A stretch of 64,000 nt of DNA from Octopus sinensis (Eukaryota). The translations under genes and the position numbers were made by a program. The first letter of the stretch is position 1. Every line of letters begins with the position of its first letter. Location of the stretch: contig NC_042997.1 in the NCBI RefSeq assembly GCF_006345805.1, forward strand, positions 33,480,001 to 33,544,000, written 5' to 3'. Below the pieces are notes generated by a model. That model ran no database searches and was not told the origin of the DNA. It worked only from the letters and a program-made list of their open reading frames with translations. Below are positions 1 to 13,295 of this stretch, in pieces.

Positions 1-30
1 TACACATATATACATATATATACATATATA

Positions 31-328
31 CGACAGGCTTCTTTCAGTTTTTGCCGAACCGCTAAGTGACGGGGACGTAAACACACCAGCATCGGTTGTC
101 AAGCAATGCTAGGGGAACAAACACAGACACACAAACACACCAACATACATATATATATGTATACATCTATACGAAGGCTTCTTTCAGTTTCCGTCTACCA
201 AATCCACTCACAAGGCATTGGTCACGCCCGGGGCTATAGCAGAAGACACTTGCCCAAGATGCCACGCAGTGGACTGAACCCGGAACCATGTGGTTCGTAA
301 GCAAGCTACTTACCACACAGCCACTCCT
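31..328 (-). mobile_element. tRNA-derived CORE-type SINE (family A), partial
   Basis: Matches the many copies in the window; A/B-box head TGGCTGTGTGGT...GGTTCAGTCC and CTTGGGCAAGT core. Confidence 0.85.
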
Positions 329-677
329 GTGGTAAAGTGTGATCAAACCTTGAGAAACGAATTTGGTAACTAATACAGACAAGTTGTTATCAACCACAGC
401 CTGCCTTTGTCAAGAAATCCATTGACAAGAATCAATGACAGAAACGAATTTGTGTTTTATAGTGTAATTCTAGAATTTTCATTGTTTTACACCAATTTCT
501 TTCTTAAAATAGATTTTATGCTTTGATAAATTCAAGTAAGATACTTGTATATATTAAATATTTGAAACCTAGAAGCTTTCGAGAATATTAAGCAGTCATC
601 TGGAAGTATGAAAATTATGTTTGTTCAGATAACTTATTACCTTTAATTCTAGCATAAACTTTGGAACAATAGCTGTA

Positions 678-686
678 ACACACACA

Positions 687-726
<40 letters not shown>

Positions 727-766
727 ACACACACACATACACACACACATACACACACATACACAC

Positions 767-799
<33 letters not shown>

Positions 800-950
800 C
801 ACATACACACACACACACACGCACACGCACATACACACACACACATACACACACATACACACACACATACACACACATACTACACACACACACACACATA
901 CCACCCACCTACACACACACACATACGCACACATACACACACACACACAC
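678..950. repeat. (CA)n/(CACATA)n microsatellite
   Basis: Direct reading. Confidence 0.97.
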
Positions 951-1182
951 GCAGAAGCACTGACACATGCACATAGAAAGAAAAGTATAAGTGCATACAT
1001 AAAAACATGCATATCAGTGTGCGTGTGTATTTGCTGACAGTCATTGCCTATATATTTACGCTAGACTTGAGACTATAACTACCTGAATTTACCTGCACAG
1101 AGACACAAATGCTTTTTTTTTTACCTTCTTCTGCATGGCAGTCAATGAAATTTAATAGACCAAAATGATATAGAATTCAGTC

Positions 1183-2462
1183 ATATACATACATACATAC
1201 ATGCATACATACATGCATACATACATAAATACATACATGCATACATAAATACATAAATACATACATACATACATGCATACATACATACATACATACATAC
1301 ATACATACATACATACATACATACATACATACATGCATACATAAATACATAAATACATACATACATACATGCATACATACATACATACATACATACATAC
1401 ATACATACATACATACATACATACATACATGCATACATACATACATACATACATACATGCATACGTACATACATACATACATACATACATACATACATAC
1501 ATTACATACATACATACATGCATACATACATACATACATACATACATGCATACGTACATACATACATACATACATACATGCATACATACATACATACATA
1601 CATACATACATACATACATACATACATACATACACACATACATGCATACGTACATACATACATACATACATACATACATACATTCATGCATGCATACATA
1701 CATACATACATACATACATACATACATACATACATACATGCATACATACATACATACATACATACATACACACATACATGCATACGTACATACATACATA
1801 CATACATACATACATTCATGCATGCATACATACATACATCATACATACATACATACATTACATACATACACACATTACATGATACGTACATACATACATA
1901 CATACATACATACATTCATGCATGCATACATACTACATACATACATACATACATACATACATACAACATACATACATACATGCATACCTACATACACATA
2001 CATACATGCATACGTACATACATACATACATATACATACATACACATACATACATGCATACATAATACATACATACAACATACATACATACATACATACA
2101 TACATGCATACGTACATACATACATACATACATACATGCATACATACAGACAATACGCATACATACATGCATACGTACATACATACATACATACATACAT
2201 ACATACATACATACATACATACATGCATACGTACATACATACATACATACATACATACATACATACATACATGCATGCATGCATGCATACATACATACAT
2301 ACGTACGTACATACATACATACATGCATGCATGCATACATGCATACATACATACATACATACATGCATGCATGCAGATACATACATACATACATACATAC
2401 ATACATACATACATACATACATAAATACATAAATACATACATACATACATACATACATACAT
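1183..2462. repeat. About 1.3-kb degenerate (CATA)n array with CATG/CGTA variants
   Basis: Direct reading. Confidence 0.98.
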
Positions 2463-2787
2463 TCGCATTCATACACATTATTTATATGCGTGTGAGAGTA
2501 TAATGTATGCCTGTCTGTGTGCGTGTAGATGTTTCCGTGTGTCTTCAGCAACCGTGTGTCTGTTTAAGTCATCTGTAAAATCATTCATCCCTTAGCTCGG
2601 CGGTTTCGTCAGTTTCGTGTGAAAACTAGTGAAATAAAAATATCTTACATTTTTTTTTCATCTTTTGTCATTTATTTGTTTCAATCATTTCACTGCGGTC
2701 ATGCTGGTGCACCGCCCTATATGTATGTATGTATGTATGTATGTTCTTTCTCCGTCTTCCCTTCCTTGGACCTTTCCTTTTTTAATG

Positions 2788-2820
2788 TTTCTGACGAAGA
2801 GCTCCGCTCGAAAAGTTAAA
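2788..2820 (+). ncRNA. Minimal hammerhead-like motif of a Penelope-type repeat remnant (degenerate)
   Basis: TTT CTGACGA A GAGC tcc GCTC GAAA AGTT AAA; one substitution away from GAAACGTT. Confidence 0.45.
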
Positions 2821-2922
2821 TCCGCCTTCTTTCTTTACTTTCCTGAGCGTCCAATAACACTATACTTCTTCCACATCCTCGCGTTGTTGTGTTTTCTCTT
2901 TGTTCATGATTGGATTAACTAA

Positions 2923-3228
2923 GTATGTATGTTTGTATGTATGTATGTATGTACGTACGTATGTATGTATGTATGTATGTATGTACATACGTACGTACGT
3001 ACGTACGTACGTATGTATGTATGTATGCATGCATGTATGTATGTATGTATGTACGTACGTACGTATGTATGTATGTATGTACGCATGTATGCATGTATGT
3101 ATGTATGTATGTATGCATGCATGCATGCATGTATGTATGTATGTGTATATGCATGCATGTATGTATGCGTGCATGCATGTATGTATGTATGTATGTACGT
3201 ACGTACTTATGATGTAACTATGTATGTA
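2923..3228. repeat. (TATG)n array
   Basis: Direct reading. Confidence 0.97.
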
Positions 3229-3229
3229 G

Positions 3230-3555
3230 TTTCTTTTTCTTTGAGTTTAACTTAAATTCTTCTTCAGAGAGTTCAAGCTGGTTGCTAACAAAACAAGAAT
3301 TTGAGTTTAGGAGGGTTCCCGGTGTTTCTAAATATGTGGTTGAATTGGTCTGTTGGTTGACCTGTCCATGTGTGTACATCTATTCACATAAGAACCTCAC
3401 AAGGAAATTCTCTGGAATGTCTTACAAATCTTCACTGTGTCATTAATACGTTGGATTTGGAGAATCCGTGTCAGCTTCTTGTGCTCTTTTACCGCGAAAC
3501 CAAGTGTTTCTAGGTTTTTCTGCAAATCTGTTTGTACATAACCTAATGCACCTAT
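3230..3555 (-). mobile_element. 3' end of a related RLE-type LINE subfamily
   Basis: Minus strand encodes LETLGFAVKEHKKLTRILQIQRINDTVKICKTFQRISL-stop, similar to the C-terminus of copy 2; different 3' UTR, also abuts (CATA)n. Confidence 0.7.
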
Positions 3556-4202
3556 GATGACGAGTACAAATGAAAATTCATAGTCCTATACATATATACA
3601 TACATGCATACATACATACATACATACATACATACATACATACATACATACATACATACATACATACATACATACATACATACATACATACATACATACA
3701 TGGTGGCTGCCCCTTCGTTATCGAGTATGGCCATTGCACGAAGCTAAATCAATGTTGTTATCGTGCAATGCTTGTGCAAGAAGATTTTTTTTTAAGTGAG
3801 GAAAGGCTGTGCACTGAGTCAATCCCACTCACTAAGCAACTGCAGCCATAATCCGAAAAGAAGAACAAGTCAACATCATCGGTAACCACTGAGCCGCAGG
3901 TTTTATGTCGGAGTTATCCCAGTTTCCTGAGTTACCTTCTCCTAGCAGGATGCCCTAACAAAGGCTAGGAGTCCTTCACTCCCAATGTTTTAACCGCGCG
4001 ATCGGGTATTCAGTCCGATTATTTCTATGTCGCCAACGACCCGACCATGCAACAGGTTGTACTGGGTTACATGTTACCAGTAGCACTCGAAAGTGCATAC
4101 ATACATACATACATACATACATACATACATACATACATACGTGCGTACGTACATTCATACATACATATATACATACATACACAGCTAGGACATACATACG
4201 TA

Positions 4203-4877
4203 GCTAAGACACTCTATAATGAAATCCGTCGAAAGAATAACCCAGAGGACAAGGAAATAACAACCCACAGTATTAGGGGAATGTCCCAATCAAAACCTCA
4301 TTGAAATGTAAGCACAACAGACCTGATATAATGACTTGAGATAGAGAAGAGAAACTGTGTTCAGTTGTGGAAATTAGCTGCCCAACGGACGTTAACATAA
4401 AGCTGAAGATCAGTGAAAAAGAGAATACCTACGCTAAACTATTCAGAAAGCTGCACTTACTCTATCCAGATTACAAATTCGAGTTTATACTTGTAATTAT
4501 TGGGACCTTAAGATATGTAACACACTGCTAAATACCAACCTTGAGAAATTAGCCTCAAAACCAGAAAGGAGAAAGCTCATTCGAAGACTGCAGATACAAG
4601 CCATCACTGGAACTAAAAATCTGTAAGACTTTCCTGAAGTTTATCAATTAAATATATATGAGCATATCTAAATATATGCATGAGAATACATACATATATG
4701 CATGTATGTGGATGAGAATACATACATAAAACAAAACATACAAATCTGCTCATATACATACGCACATACATACCCTGTTGTTGATGTTCAAAATTCCAAT
4801 GAAGGAACCTTGGATCTAGGTTAGAAGCCAGCCCTTTCACTATTGGTACGAAATCTTAAAATAAAACTGAATAATGA
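4203..4877 (+). mobile_element. 5'-truncated RLE-type non-LTR retrotransposon (R4/Dong-like), copy 1
   Basis: Degraded KHNRPDIM...EISCP restriction-like endonuclease motif and C-terminus; ends AATAATGA|CATACATA. Confidence 0.8.
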
Positions 4878-4885
4878 CATACATA

Positions 4886-5836
4886 ACCAAATACCTGATG
4901 CACAAAAGGGAGAGACATGCAGGAAAAGCAGTAAAATGAGACGACTGATATAGACTTTATGGAGTTAACACTGAAGATATCACCCACATCATAAGCAGTT
5001 GTCTGAAAATGTCATCACGGTATCATCTACCGATGAGATATCATATTGTAGTTAGGATAGTGCGTAACGAGATCCGTCGGAAGGTTAACCTCGAGGAAAA
5101 GAAATAAAAATCCCCAGTGAGGTGGAAACCATAGACACTCAATAAAAAGGTGTACTGGTGGAATGTCCCAGTGAAAACTTCAATAATATGTAAACACAAT
5201 AGACCTGACATAATGATTTGGGATAGAGAAGAGAAACTATGTACTGTGGGGGAAATCAGCTGCCTCAGTGAAAAAAAAAATACCTACGCTGAACTATTGA
5301 GAAATTTGCAATTGCTTGGTCCAGATTAAAAGTTCATGTTTATACCTGTAATTATCGGAGCACTGAGATATGTAACACACTACCTAAATACCAATCTTGA
5401 GAAATTAGGCCTCTCAAAACCAGAAAGGAGAAAGCTCATTCGAAAACTACAGATCCAGACTATCACTGGAACTGTAAAAGTCTGTAAAACTTTCCAGAAG
5501 TGTATCATTTAAGTATATATGAGTGTGTCTAGATATAGAACTACATGCATGAGAAAGCACACATACATAAAACAACACATACAAATCTGCACATACACAT
5601 ACATACATACATACATACATACATACATACATACATACATACATACATACAATACATACATACATACATACATACATACATACATACATACAATACATAC
5701 ATACATACATACATACATACATGCATACAAAAATACCATGTTGATGTTGAAATTCCAATGAGGGATCCTTGGATTTCGGTTAGAAACTAACTCTTTCTCT
5801 ATTGGCAAGAAATCTTAAAATAAAACTGAATAATGA
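4886..5836 (+). mobile_element. 5'-truncated RLE-type non-LTR retrotransposon (R4/Dong-like), copy 2
   Basis: EDITHIISSC zinc-knuckle remnant, KHNRPDIMIWDREEKLCTVGEISC, C-terminus LQIQTITGTVKVCKTF; same 3' end followed by CATA repeats. Confidence 0.82.
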
Positions 5837-6002
5837 CATACATACACACATACATACATACGTATGTATGGTGTATGTATATCTATGTATAGATGTACAT
5901 ACCTAAATTTCAACTTGTTGCTCGTCACAGTCCTAGCATTGACATCCGCTAATGCCCTTCACCCCTCCACAACCGTCATCATTTATCTTGTCACCTGACG
6001 CC

Positions 6003-6038
<36 letters not shown>

Positions 6039-6214
6039 CACACACATGCATGTACACACACAAACACAGAAAAAGAAAGATAACGACCAACTCCTTTCTT
6101 GTGTATGTAATTATTCATGGCAAGTTGTCAAGGCTGTCATGAATATCACAGAAATTATATATGAGTGTGCATATAAATATGTATGCATGAATATATGCGT
6201 GTTGTGCGCGCGTG

Positions 6215-6281
<67 letters not shown>

Positions 6282-6406
6282 ATATACATATATATTATAT
6301 GTATATATAATATATATGTATATATATATAATATATATTTATATAGGTATATATCATGTATATAAATATATATATATACATAAATACATATATTTAAATA
6401 TATATG

Positions 6407-6750
6407 AGGTGCAGGCGTGGCTCTGTGGTAACAAGCTTGCTTCCCAACCACATGGTTCCGAGTTCAGTCCCGCTGCATGTAACCTTAGGTGAGTGTCTTC
6501 TACTATAGCGTGAGGCCGACAGAAACTTTGTGAGTGGATTCAGTAGACGGAAATTAAAAGAAGCCCGTCGTATGGTCGCGTGTGTGTGTATTTGTCCTCC
6601 CATCGGTTGACAACCGATGTTGGTGTGTTTATGTCCCCGTAATTCAACGGTTCAGCAATAGAGACCGAAAGAATAAGTCCTGGGGTCGATTTGTTCGACT
6701 AAAGGCGGTGCTCCAGCATAGCCGCAGTCAAATGACTGAAACAAGTGACA
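6407..6750 (+). mobile_element. SINE family A
   Basis: tRNA-like head to AAATGACTGAAACAAGT tail. Confidence 0.85.
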
Positions 6751-6880
6751 GAATATGTGTGTGTGCGTGTGTGTAAGAAGTAATTAAGATTCAGTTGAAT
6801 TAGGTACTTAAGTTCAAGCACCCAGTCAGTCTCGTATTATACGCACAGCTCAAAGTAAGGTGAATAAAATCAAAATTCGT

Positions 6881-7450
6881 AACAGGATATCAAGTAGTAA
6901 TGCAGTTTCACATGGCTCCATCTAATTCAACAATGCAATCATTACATCAAATACAGCGCTATCTTCAGCTGCATAAATAAGGATTTTCAATAGACAAGAC
7001 ATATTAATATAATTTTTCTTAAATATTTTAACAGAGCAAGAGGATGGAAGAATTTCATGTTATCACTATCATTTCCAATAAAAATCATACTATCACAGGA
7101 ACCCCCCAACCCGCAAGAAAAAGAACAAAACTTTAGAAAGAGTCAATTAGATAGTAGTAAATGTCTATAAATGAGGTAGGGTAGGGGTGACATTAATTCA
7201 TGATATTGTCACCAGTTAAAGGGGCAAACACTGAAAATTTAGGATGTTACAATGAAATCCAGGAAAGCATTAGGGGTTCAATGGGAGACCGTTTGTAAAC
7301 AATATTATGTTGCATAAAAATAAAAATAAATTTTCTTAAAAATTTAGAAAGGGATATAGCACTGTATTTAAATTGATGTAATGATTGCATTGCTTAATTA
7401 AATGGAGTCCCTTGAAATGGTCGTACTGCATTACCTCTTGATATCCTGTT
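6881..7450. repeat. Imperfect inverted repeat pair (old MITE-like element)
   Basis: AACAGGATATCAAG...ATGCAATCATTACATCAA at 6881-6960 versus reverse complement at 7355-7450. Confidence 0.65.
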
Positions 7451-7472
7451 GCTTATTTTCATTGATATATAT

Positions 7473-7931
7473 ACATCTTATAAGCAAGGGCTAAAGAAGA
7501 TTATTCCAAAGCCAATATACTGATTTTCCACATATAATCCACTTGCTACAGGAAAATTGAACTGAATCGGGCAACTAACCGTTAGAATATTTAAATTTCG
7601 TTGTCTCTATATTGAATCAATTTCGGAATTAATCTCATAAAGGATTCATTCTTCATCGGTAGAGCTTACGAGAGAATATAAGTAAGATACTTACATGCGT
7701 TTATGGAAAAAGCCGAAGCAAAAAACATAAGTACATTTAAGTGCCTCAGTTATATCTAAAAATAAAAATTCTTTGGTCAGTCTCAGAACAACGTGTTGAC
7801 TTTTCGCCGCTACAGATTGTAATGGTTACCAGTCCCCTATAGTTCAATTTTCCTGTAGCAAGTGGATTATATGTGGAAAATCAGTATATTGGCTTTGGAA
7901 TAATCTTCTTTAGCCCTTGCTTATAAGATGT
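7473..7931. mobile_element. Foldback element with 91-bp inverted arms and an internal hammerhead-like motif
   Basis: 7473-7563 is the reverse complement of 7841-7931; lies next to (TA)n. Confidence 0.75.
7605..7664 (-). ncRNA. Type I hammerhead ribozyme-like motif (two core deviations)
   Basis: Minus strand reads CTCTA CCGATGA AGAATGAATCCTTTATGAGATTAATTCC GAA ATTGATTCAAT A TAGAG: stems I, II and III all pair; U4C and G10.1A relative to consensus. Confidence 0.6.
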
Positions 7932-8020
7932 TTATAATTTTAACCGTAAAGGTATTTTTTAATATGCTGCCACACATTTCTTGATGGAATTCTTTTGTGT
8001 GGAGAAAAAAACTTCATCCT

Positions 8021-8031
8021 ATATTATATAT

Positions 8032-8063
<32 letters not shown>

Positions 8064-8120
8064 ATATATTATATTATATATATTATATATATATATATAT
8101 ATACATACATATATATATAT

Positions 8121-8155
<35 letters not shown>

Positions 8156-8164
8156 CATACATAC

Positions 8165-8207
<43 letters not shown>

Positions 8208-8380
8208 CACATATATATATATACATACATACATACATACTACTACATACATACATACATACATACATACACACATACATACATACATACACACATATAT
8301 ATACATATATATATATACATACATACATATATATATATATAAACATTATATTATATAATATCTATATATGCATATATAAT
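8021..8380. repeat. (TA)n/(TACA)n compound microsatellite
   Basis: Direct reading. Confidence 0.96.
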
Positions 8381-8951
8381 ACGTCTGTGCGTATGTGTGT
8401 GCGTATGTGTGTGTCTCTGCGTGTGTGAACCGAATTGGAGGTGAACTGAATAGCGATGTCCATCGCTCCTAGATAGTATTTGGGGTGAGCTGTCCCGCTT
8501 TTACATGACTTTCAGGTGTTTTAACACCCATGTTTTGAGAGAGTCACCACCACCGCGTCAAACCGAAACCGACCGGCGAGCAAGGAGGTCAAATACATTA
8601 CGTGTGTCCAATAATGTTTGCAACACTAGCATCGCTTCTAATTCATGTTTGAATTTCTTCCTATGTATGCCCATCGTCCGGGCATACCAGCAGATGTCTT
8701 TTTACAGCGTCTTGTATATAGTTATGTACAGGTTATTGGGTTCGCCTCCAATTTGGTTCAGGTACGTGACGTTGGTAAGCTACAAAAATGACAAAGCATC
8801 GATGATGTACATCACTTCTGCATAGAATTTGGGGTGAGTTGTCTTTCGGGTGTTTTGACACCGGGCGCTTTAAAGGATTCATCTCAATCGCGTCGAATCG
8901 CACCATAGCGGCAAACAAGCACGACATTTATATTGAGCATATTTGTTCGAT

Positions 8952-9003
<52 letters not shown>

Positions 9004-9369
9004 TCTCTCTGAAAATTACTTAATACAATTTTAAAGTATAAAGAGGATTATTTAAAAATTGCTTTTTTCAAATATCTTTATTTTTATTTTATTTTTTATA
9101 ATAAAATCTTTTATTAGGATGTTACTAAGCTTTTTGGACGAAGTCTTTCGATTAATCTCTTCAAACACACACACACGCACACACACGCACACACAGACAC
9201 ACACACACACATACGCGCGCCCGCGCATATTCACACATACACACATATATGCGAAGTAATGGGTGTGTGGTAAGAAGCTTGCTACCCAGTTACATAGTTC
9301 TTGGTTTAGTCTCACTGCGTGACATCTTGTGAGTGAATTTGAAAGATGAAAGATGAAAGAAGCCCGCCG

Positions 9370-9399
<30 letters not shown>

Positions 9400-9403
<4 letters not shown>

Positions 9404-10643
9404 CATGAAGGAAGTAAATAGACACCTTAAATTTTCAAAATTTCTTATCTAAGCGTCTTAATATATATCCATCAGTGTAGAATTTACAATGTAATAATTC
9501 TTTTTCATTCCAGGCGCCATTATATTAAGCATTTGCGAAGAGTAACCATGCCACGCACAAAAAATTCAGCAGAACTGTCAGAAGAGGTCGTATTGTTGGG
9601 CAATCTGATGGTGGTCTTAGCCAGCGAAAAATTGCCGAAAATCTTCAAATTCCTTTTGCTACTGAATTATAGTGCAATTCAAAAGCCAAGGAAAAGAATC
9701 AACAGATTCTCGTCCCAGCCGACCTGGGCCCTCGGAAAGGAAGCTTCGCTATTTGAAGAGAATTGTGGAAAACGAGTTCCGTTCGAAGGCTTCTGACATT
9801 GCAATTCAGCTAGAAGTTAGTCCAAGAACGTGTGTTACATATCTGCATAAGCTTGGGTATTATGGACGAGCAGCTAGAAGAAAACCTTTCCTTCAACCAA
9901 TTAATATCATGAAAAGAAAGAAATGGGCTAAGGAGATATCAGAAAAATCCAGTTCATTTGGGGATAGAGTGATTTTCTCAGGTGACTCCAGATTTGCATT
10001 ATTTTCAGACAGTGGACATGTTTGGGTCTGGAGACTTCCCAATCAAGAATTTGATTTGAAACGACTCCAACCAACTGTGAAACATGGCGGTATCTCTGTA
10101 ATGGTATGGGGAGCTGTCACCAGCAACGATCGTTCTGAGATGATCGAATGTGTTGGAAACTTAAACTCGGAAAAATACATTGAAATACTTAAGCAAGGAC
10201 TACTTCCGATGTATTCACACGATAAAATAACGAAAAATAAGTTTTTATTCATGGAAGATGGGGCTCCATGCCACACAGCGAAAAGGAATCAACAATGGCT
10301 GACTGAAAATGGGATCAAAAATCTTCCTCGGCCGAGCCAATCTCTTGACATGAACCCAATTGAAAATCTTTGGAGCATACTAGATAGAGCTATACGAAAA
10401 ACTCAACAGAAACCTAAATCTAAAGATGAATTGTTTCGATTGTTGCGTGAAAGGAGGGTAGAAATTCCACAAGAGACAATCACAATGCTCGTGAGTTCAA
10501 TGCTAAAAAGAGTTTCTGAGTTAAAAACTGAAAAGGGAATGTCAACTAAATACTACCTATTGATTACATTTCAATTGTTCGCTTTGCGTATTAAATAAAA
10601 GATTTTGAAAATTAAAGGTGTCTATTTACTTCCTGCGTGCGTG
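9400..10643 (+). mobile_element. Tc1-family DNA transposon (DD34E), degraded transposase
   Basis: TIRs AGGAAGTAAATAGACACCTTAAATTTTCAAAAT at 9409 and its reverse complement ending at about 10634; ORF 9672-10598 with [29 protein letters not shown] (34 aa between D and E). Confidence 0.93.
9548..10598 (+). pseudogene. Tc1 transposase pseudogene
   Basis: N-terminus MPRTKNSAELSEE is in a different frame from the main ORF; first catalytic motif reads FSGDSRF instead of FSDESRF. Confidence 0.85.
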
Positions 10644-10668
10644 TGTGTGTGTGTGTGTAGATAGATAG

Positions 10669-10705
<37 letters not shown>

Positions 10706-10744
10706 GATAGATAGATATAGATAGATATAGATATATATACATAT

Positions 10745-10799
<55 letters not shown>

Positions 10800-11154
10800 C
10801 GCACACACACAGACACACATATATATACACAGAGAGAGAAAGAGAGGAGGGGGGGTCAAGGATCTAGATTTTTCATTCGCAAAATATGCATTTTTTTAAA
10901 GACAGTAGCAAATCTGAAAATCGGTTATAATAAAAAAAGTTTTCCGGTCTAATCGCTATGAAGGTATGATGTTGTGGAGAAAAAGTTTGGAGGAAAAAGT
11001 TACAGAGGTTTAAAGATCGAAAAATCTGTGTATTTTTAGCCAATAGCGAGACAAATTTTCTGCGTTTTGTTGAATTTTCTTGTAGGTTTCTCAATAAACA
11101 GTAATACCTAATAAAATCAAAGTGCATCATCTTACTGTTTCTTTTGTCTCTCCG

Positions 11155-11565
11155 TTACTCTTTTTACCCTTTTACTTGTTTCAGTCATTAGACTGTGGCC
11201 ATGCTGGAGCACCGCCTTTAGTCGAGCAAATCGATCCCAGGACTTATTCTTTGTAAGCCTAGTACTGATTCTATCGGTTTTTTTTTTGCCGAACCGCTAA
11301 GTTACGGGGACGTAAACACACTAGCAACGGTTGTCAAGCAGTAAATATATAAATATCAACGTCTGTGTTTGTCCCCGCCATCGCTTGACAACCGGTGCTG
11401 GTTTGCTTACATCCCGTAACTTAGCGGTTCGGCAAAAAGAAAACGATCGAATAAGTGCCAGGCCTTTAAAAAAAGTAAGTACTGAGGTCGATTTGTTCGA
11501 CAAAAAATCTTCAAAGCAAAGCCCCAGCGTGGCCGCAGTCTAATGAGTGAAACAAGTAAAATGAT
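11155..11565. mobile_element. Two SINE family A 3' halves in inverted orientation
   Basis: 11155-11340 on minus, 11362-11565 on plus. Confidence 0.8.
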
Positions 11566-11597
11566 AAAAGAACACATACATAATCACCTAGACACAA

Positions 11598-13295
11598 GCA
11601 TACATACATACATACATGCATGCATGCATACATACATACATACATACATACATGCATGCATGCATGCATGCATGCATGCATACATACATACATACATACA
11701 TACATACAAGCATACATACATACATACATACATACATACATACAAGCATACATACATACATACATACATGCATGCATGCATACATACATACATACATACA
11801 TACATACATACATACATACATGCATACATACATACATACATACATACATACATACATACATACATACATACATGCATGCATACATACATACATACATGCA
11901 TGCATGCATACATACATACATACATACATACATACATACACATACATACATACATACATACATACATACATACATGCATACATACATACATACATACATA
12001 CATACATACATGCATACATACATACATACATACATACATACATGCATACATACATACATAATACATACATACATACATACATACATACATACATACATAC
12101 ACATGCATACATATATACATGCACACACACATACATACATACATACATACATACATACATACATACATACATACATGCATACATACATACATACATACAT
12201 ACATACATACATACATGCATACATACATACATAATACATACATACATACATACATACATACATACATACACACACATGCATACATATATACATGCACACA
12301 CACATACATACATACATACATACATACATACATACATACATAGATACATGCATGCATGCATGCATGCATGCATGCATACATACATACATACATACATACA
12401 TACATACATACATACATACATACATACATACATGCATGCATACATACATACATACATACATACATACATACATACATACATACATGCATACATACATAAT
12501 ACATACATACATACATACATACATACATGCATGCATACATACATACATGCATACATACATACATACATACATACATACATACATACATACACATGCATAC
12601 ATATATACATGCACACACACATACATACATACATACATACATACATGCATGCATGCATACATACATACATACATACATACATACATACATACGTACGTAC
12701 GTACATACATACATACATACATACATACATACATACAACATCATACATACATACATGCATGCATGCATGCATACATACATACATACATACATACATACAT
12801 ACATACATACATACATACATACATACGTACATACATACATACATACATACATACATACATACATGCATGCATGCATGCATACATACATACATACATACAT
12901 ACATACATACATACATACATACATACATACGTACATACATACATACATACATACATACATACATACGTACATACATACATACATACATACATACATACAT
13001 ACATGCATGCATGCATACATACATACATACATACATACATACATACATACATACATACATACATACATACATACATACATACATACATACATACATACAT
13101 ACATACATTCATACATACATACATACATACATACATGCATACATACATACATACATACATACATACATACATACATTCATACATACATACATACATACAT
13201 ACATACATACATACATACGTACATACATTCATACATACATACATACATACATACATACACACATACATACATACATACATACATACATACATACG
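11598..13295. repeat. About 1.7-kb degenerate (CATA)n array
   Basis: Direct reading; source of the long YVCM/YIHT ORFs. Confidence 0.98.

Noticed and set aside
2521-2552. CTGAAGA...GAAAC on minus strand as a hammerhead
   Set aside because: Stem II is only 1 bp and there is no convincing stem I or III
9672-10598. Intact, active Tc1 transposase
   Set aside because: N-terminal frameshift and loss of the first catalytic Asp
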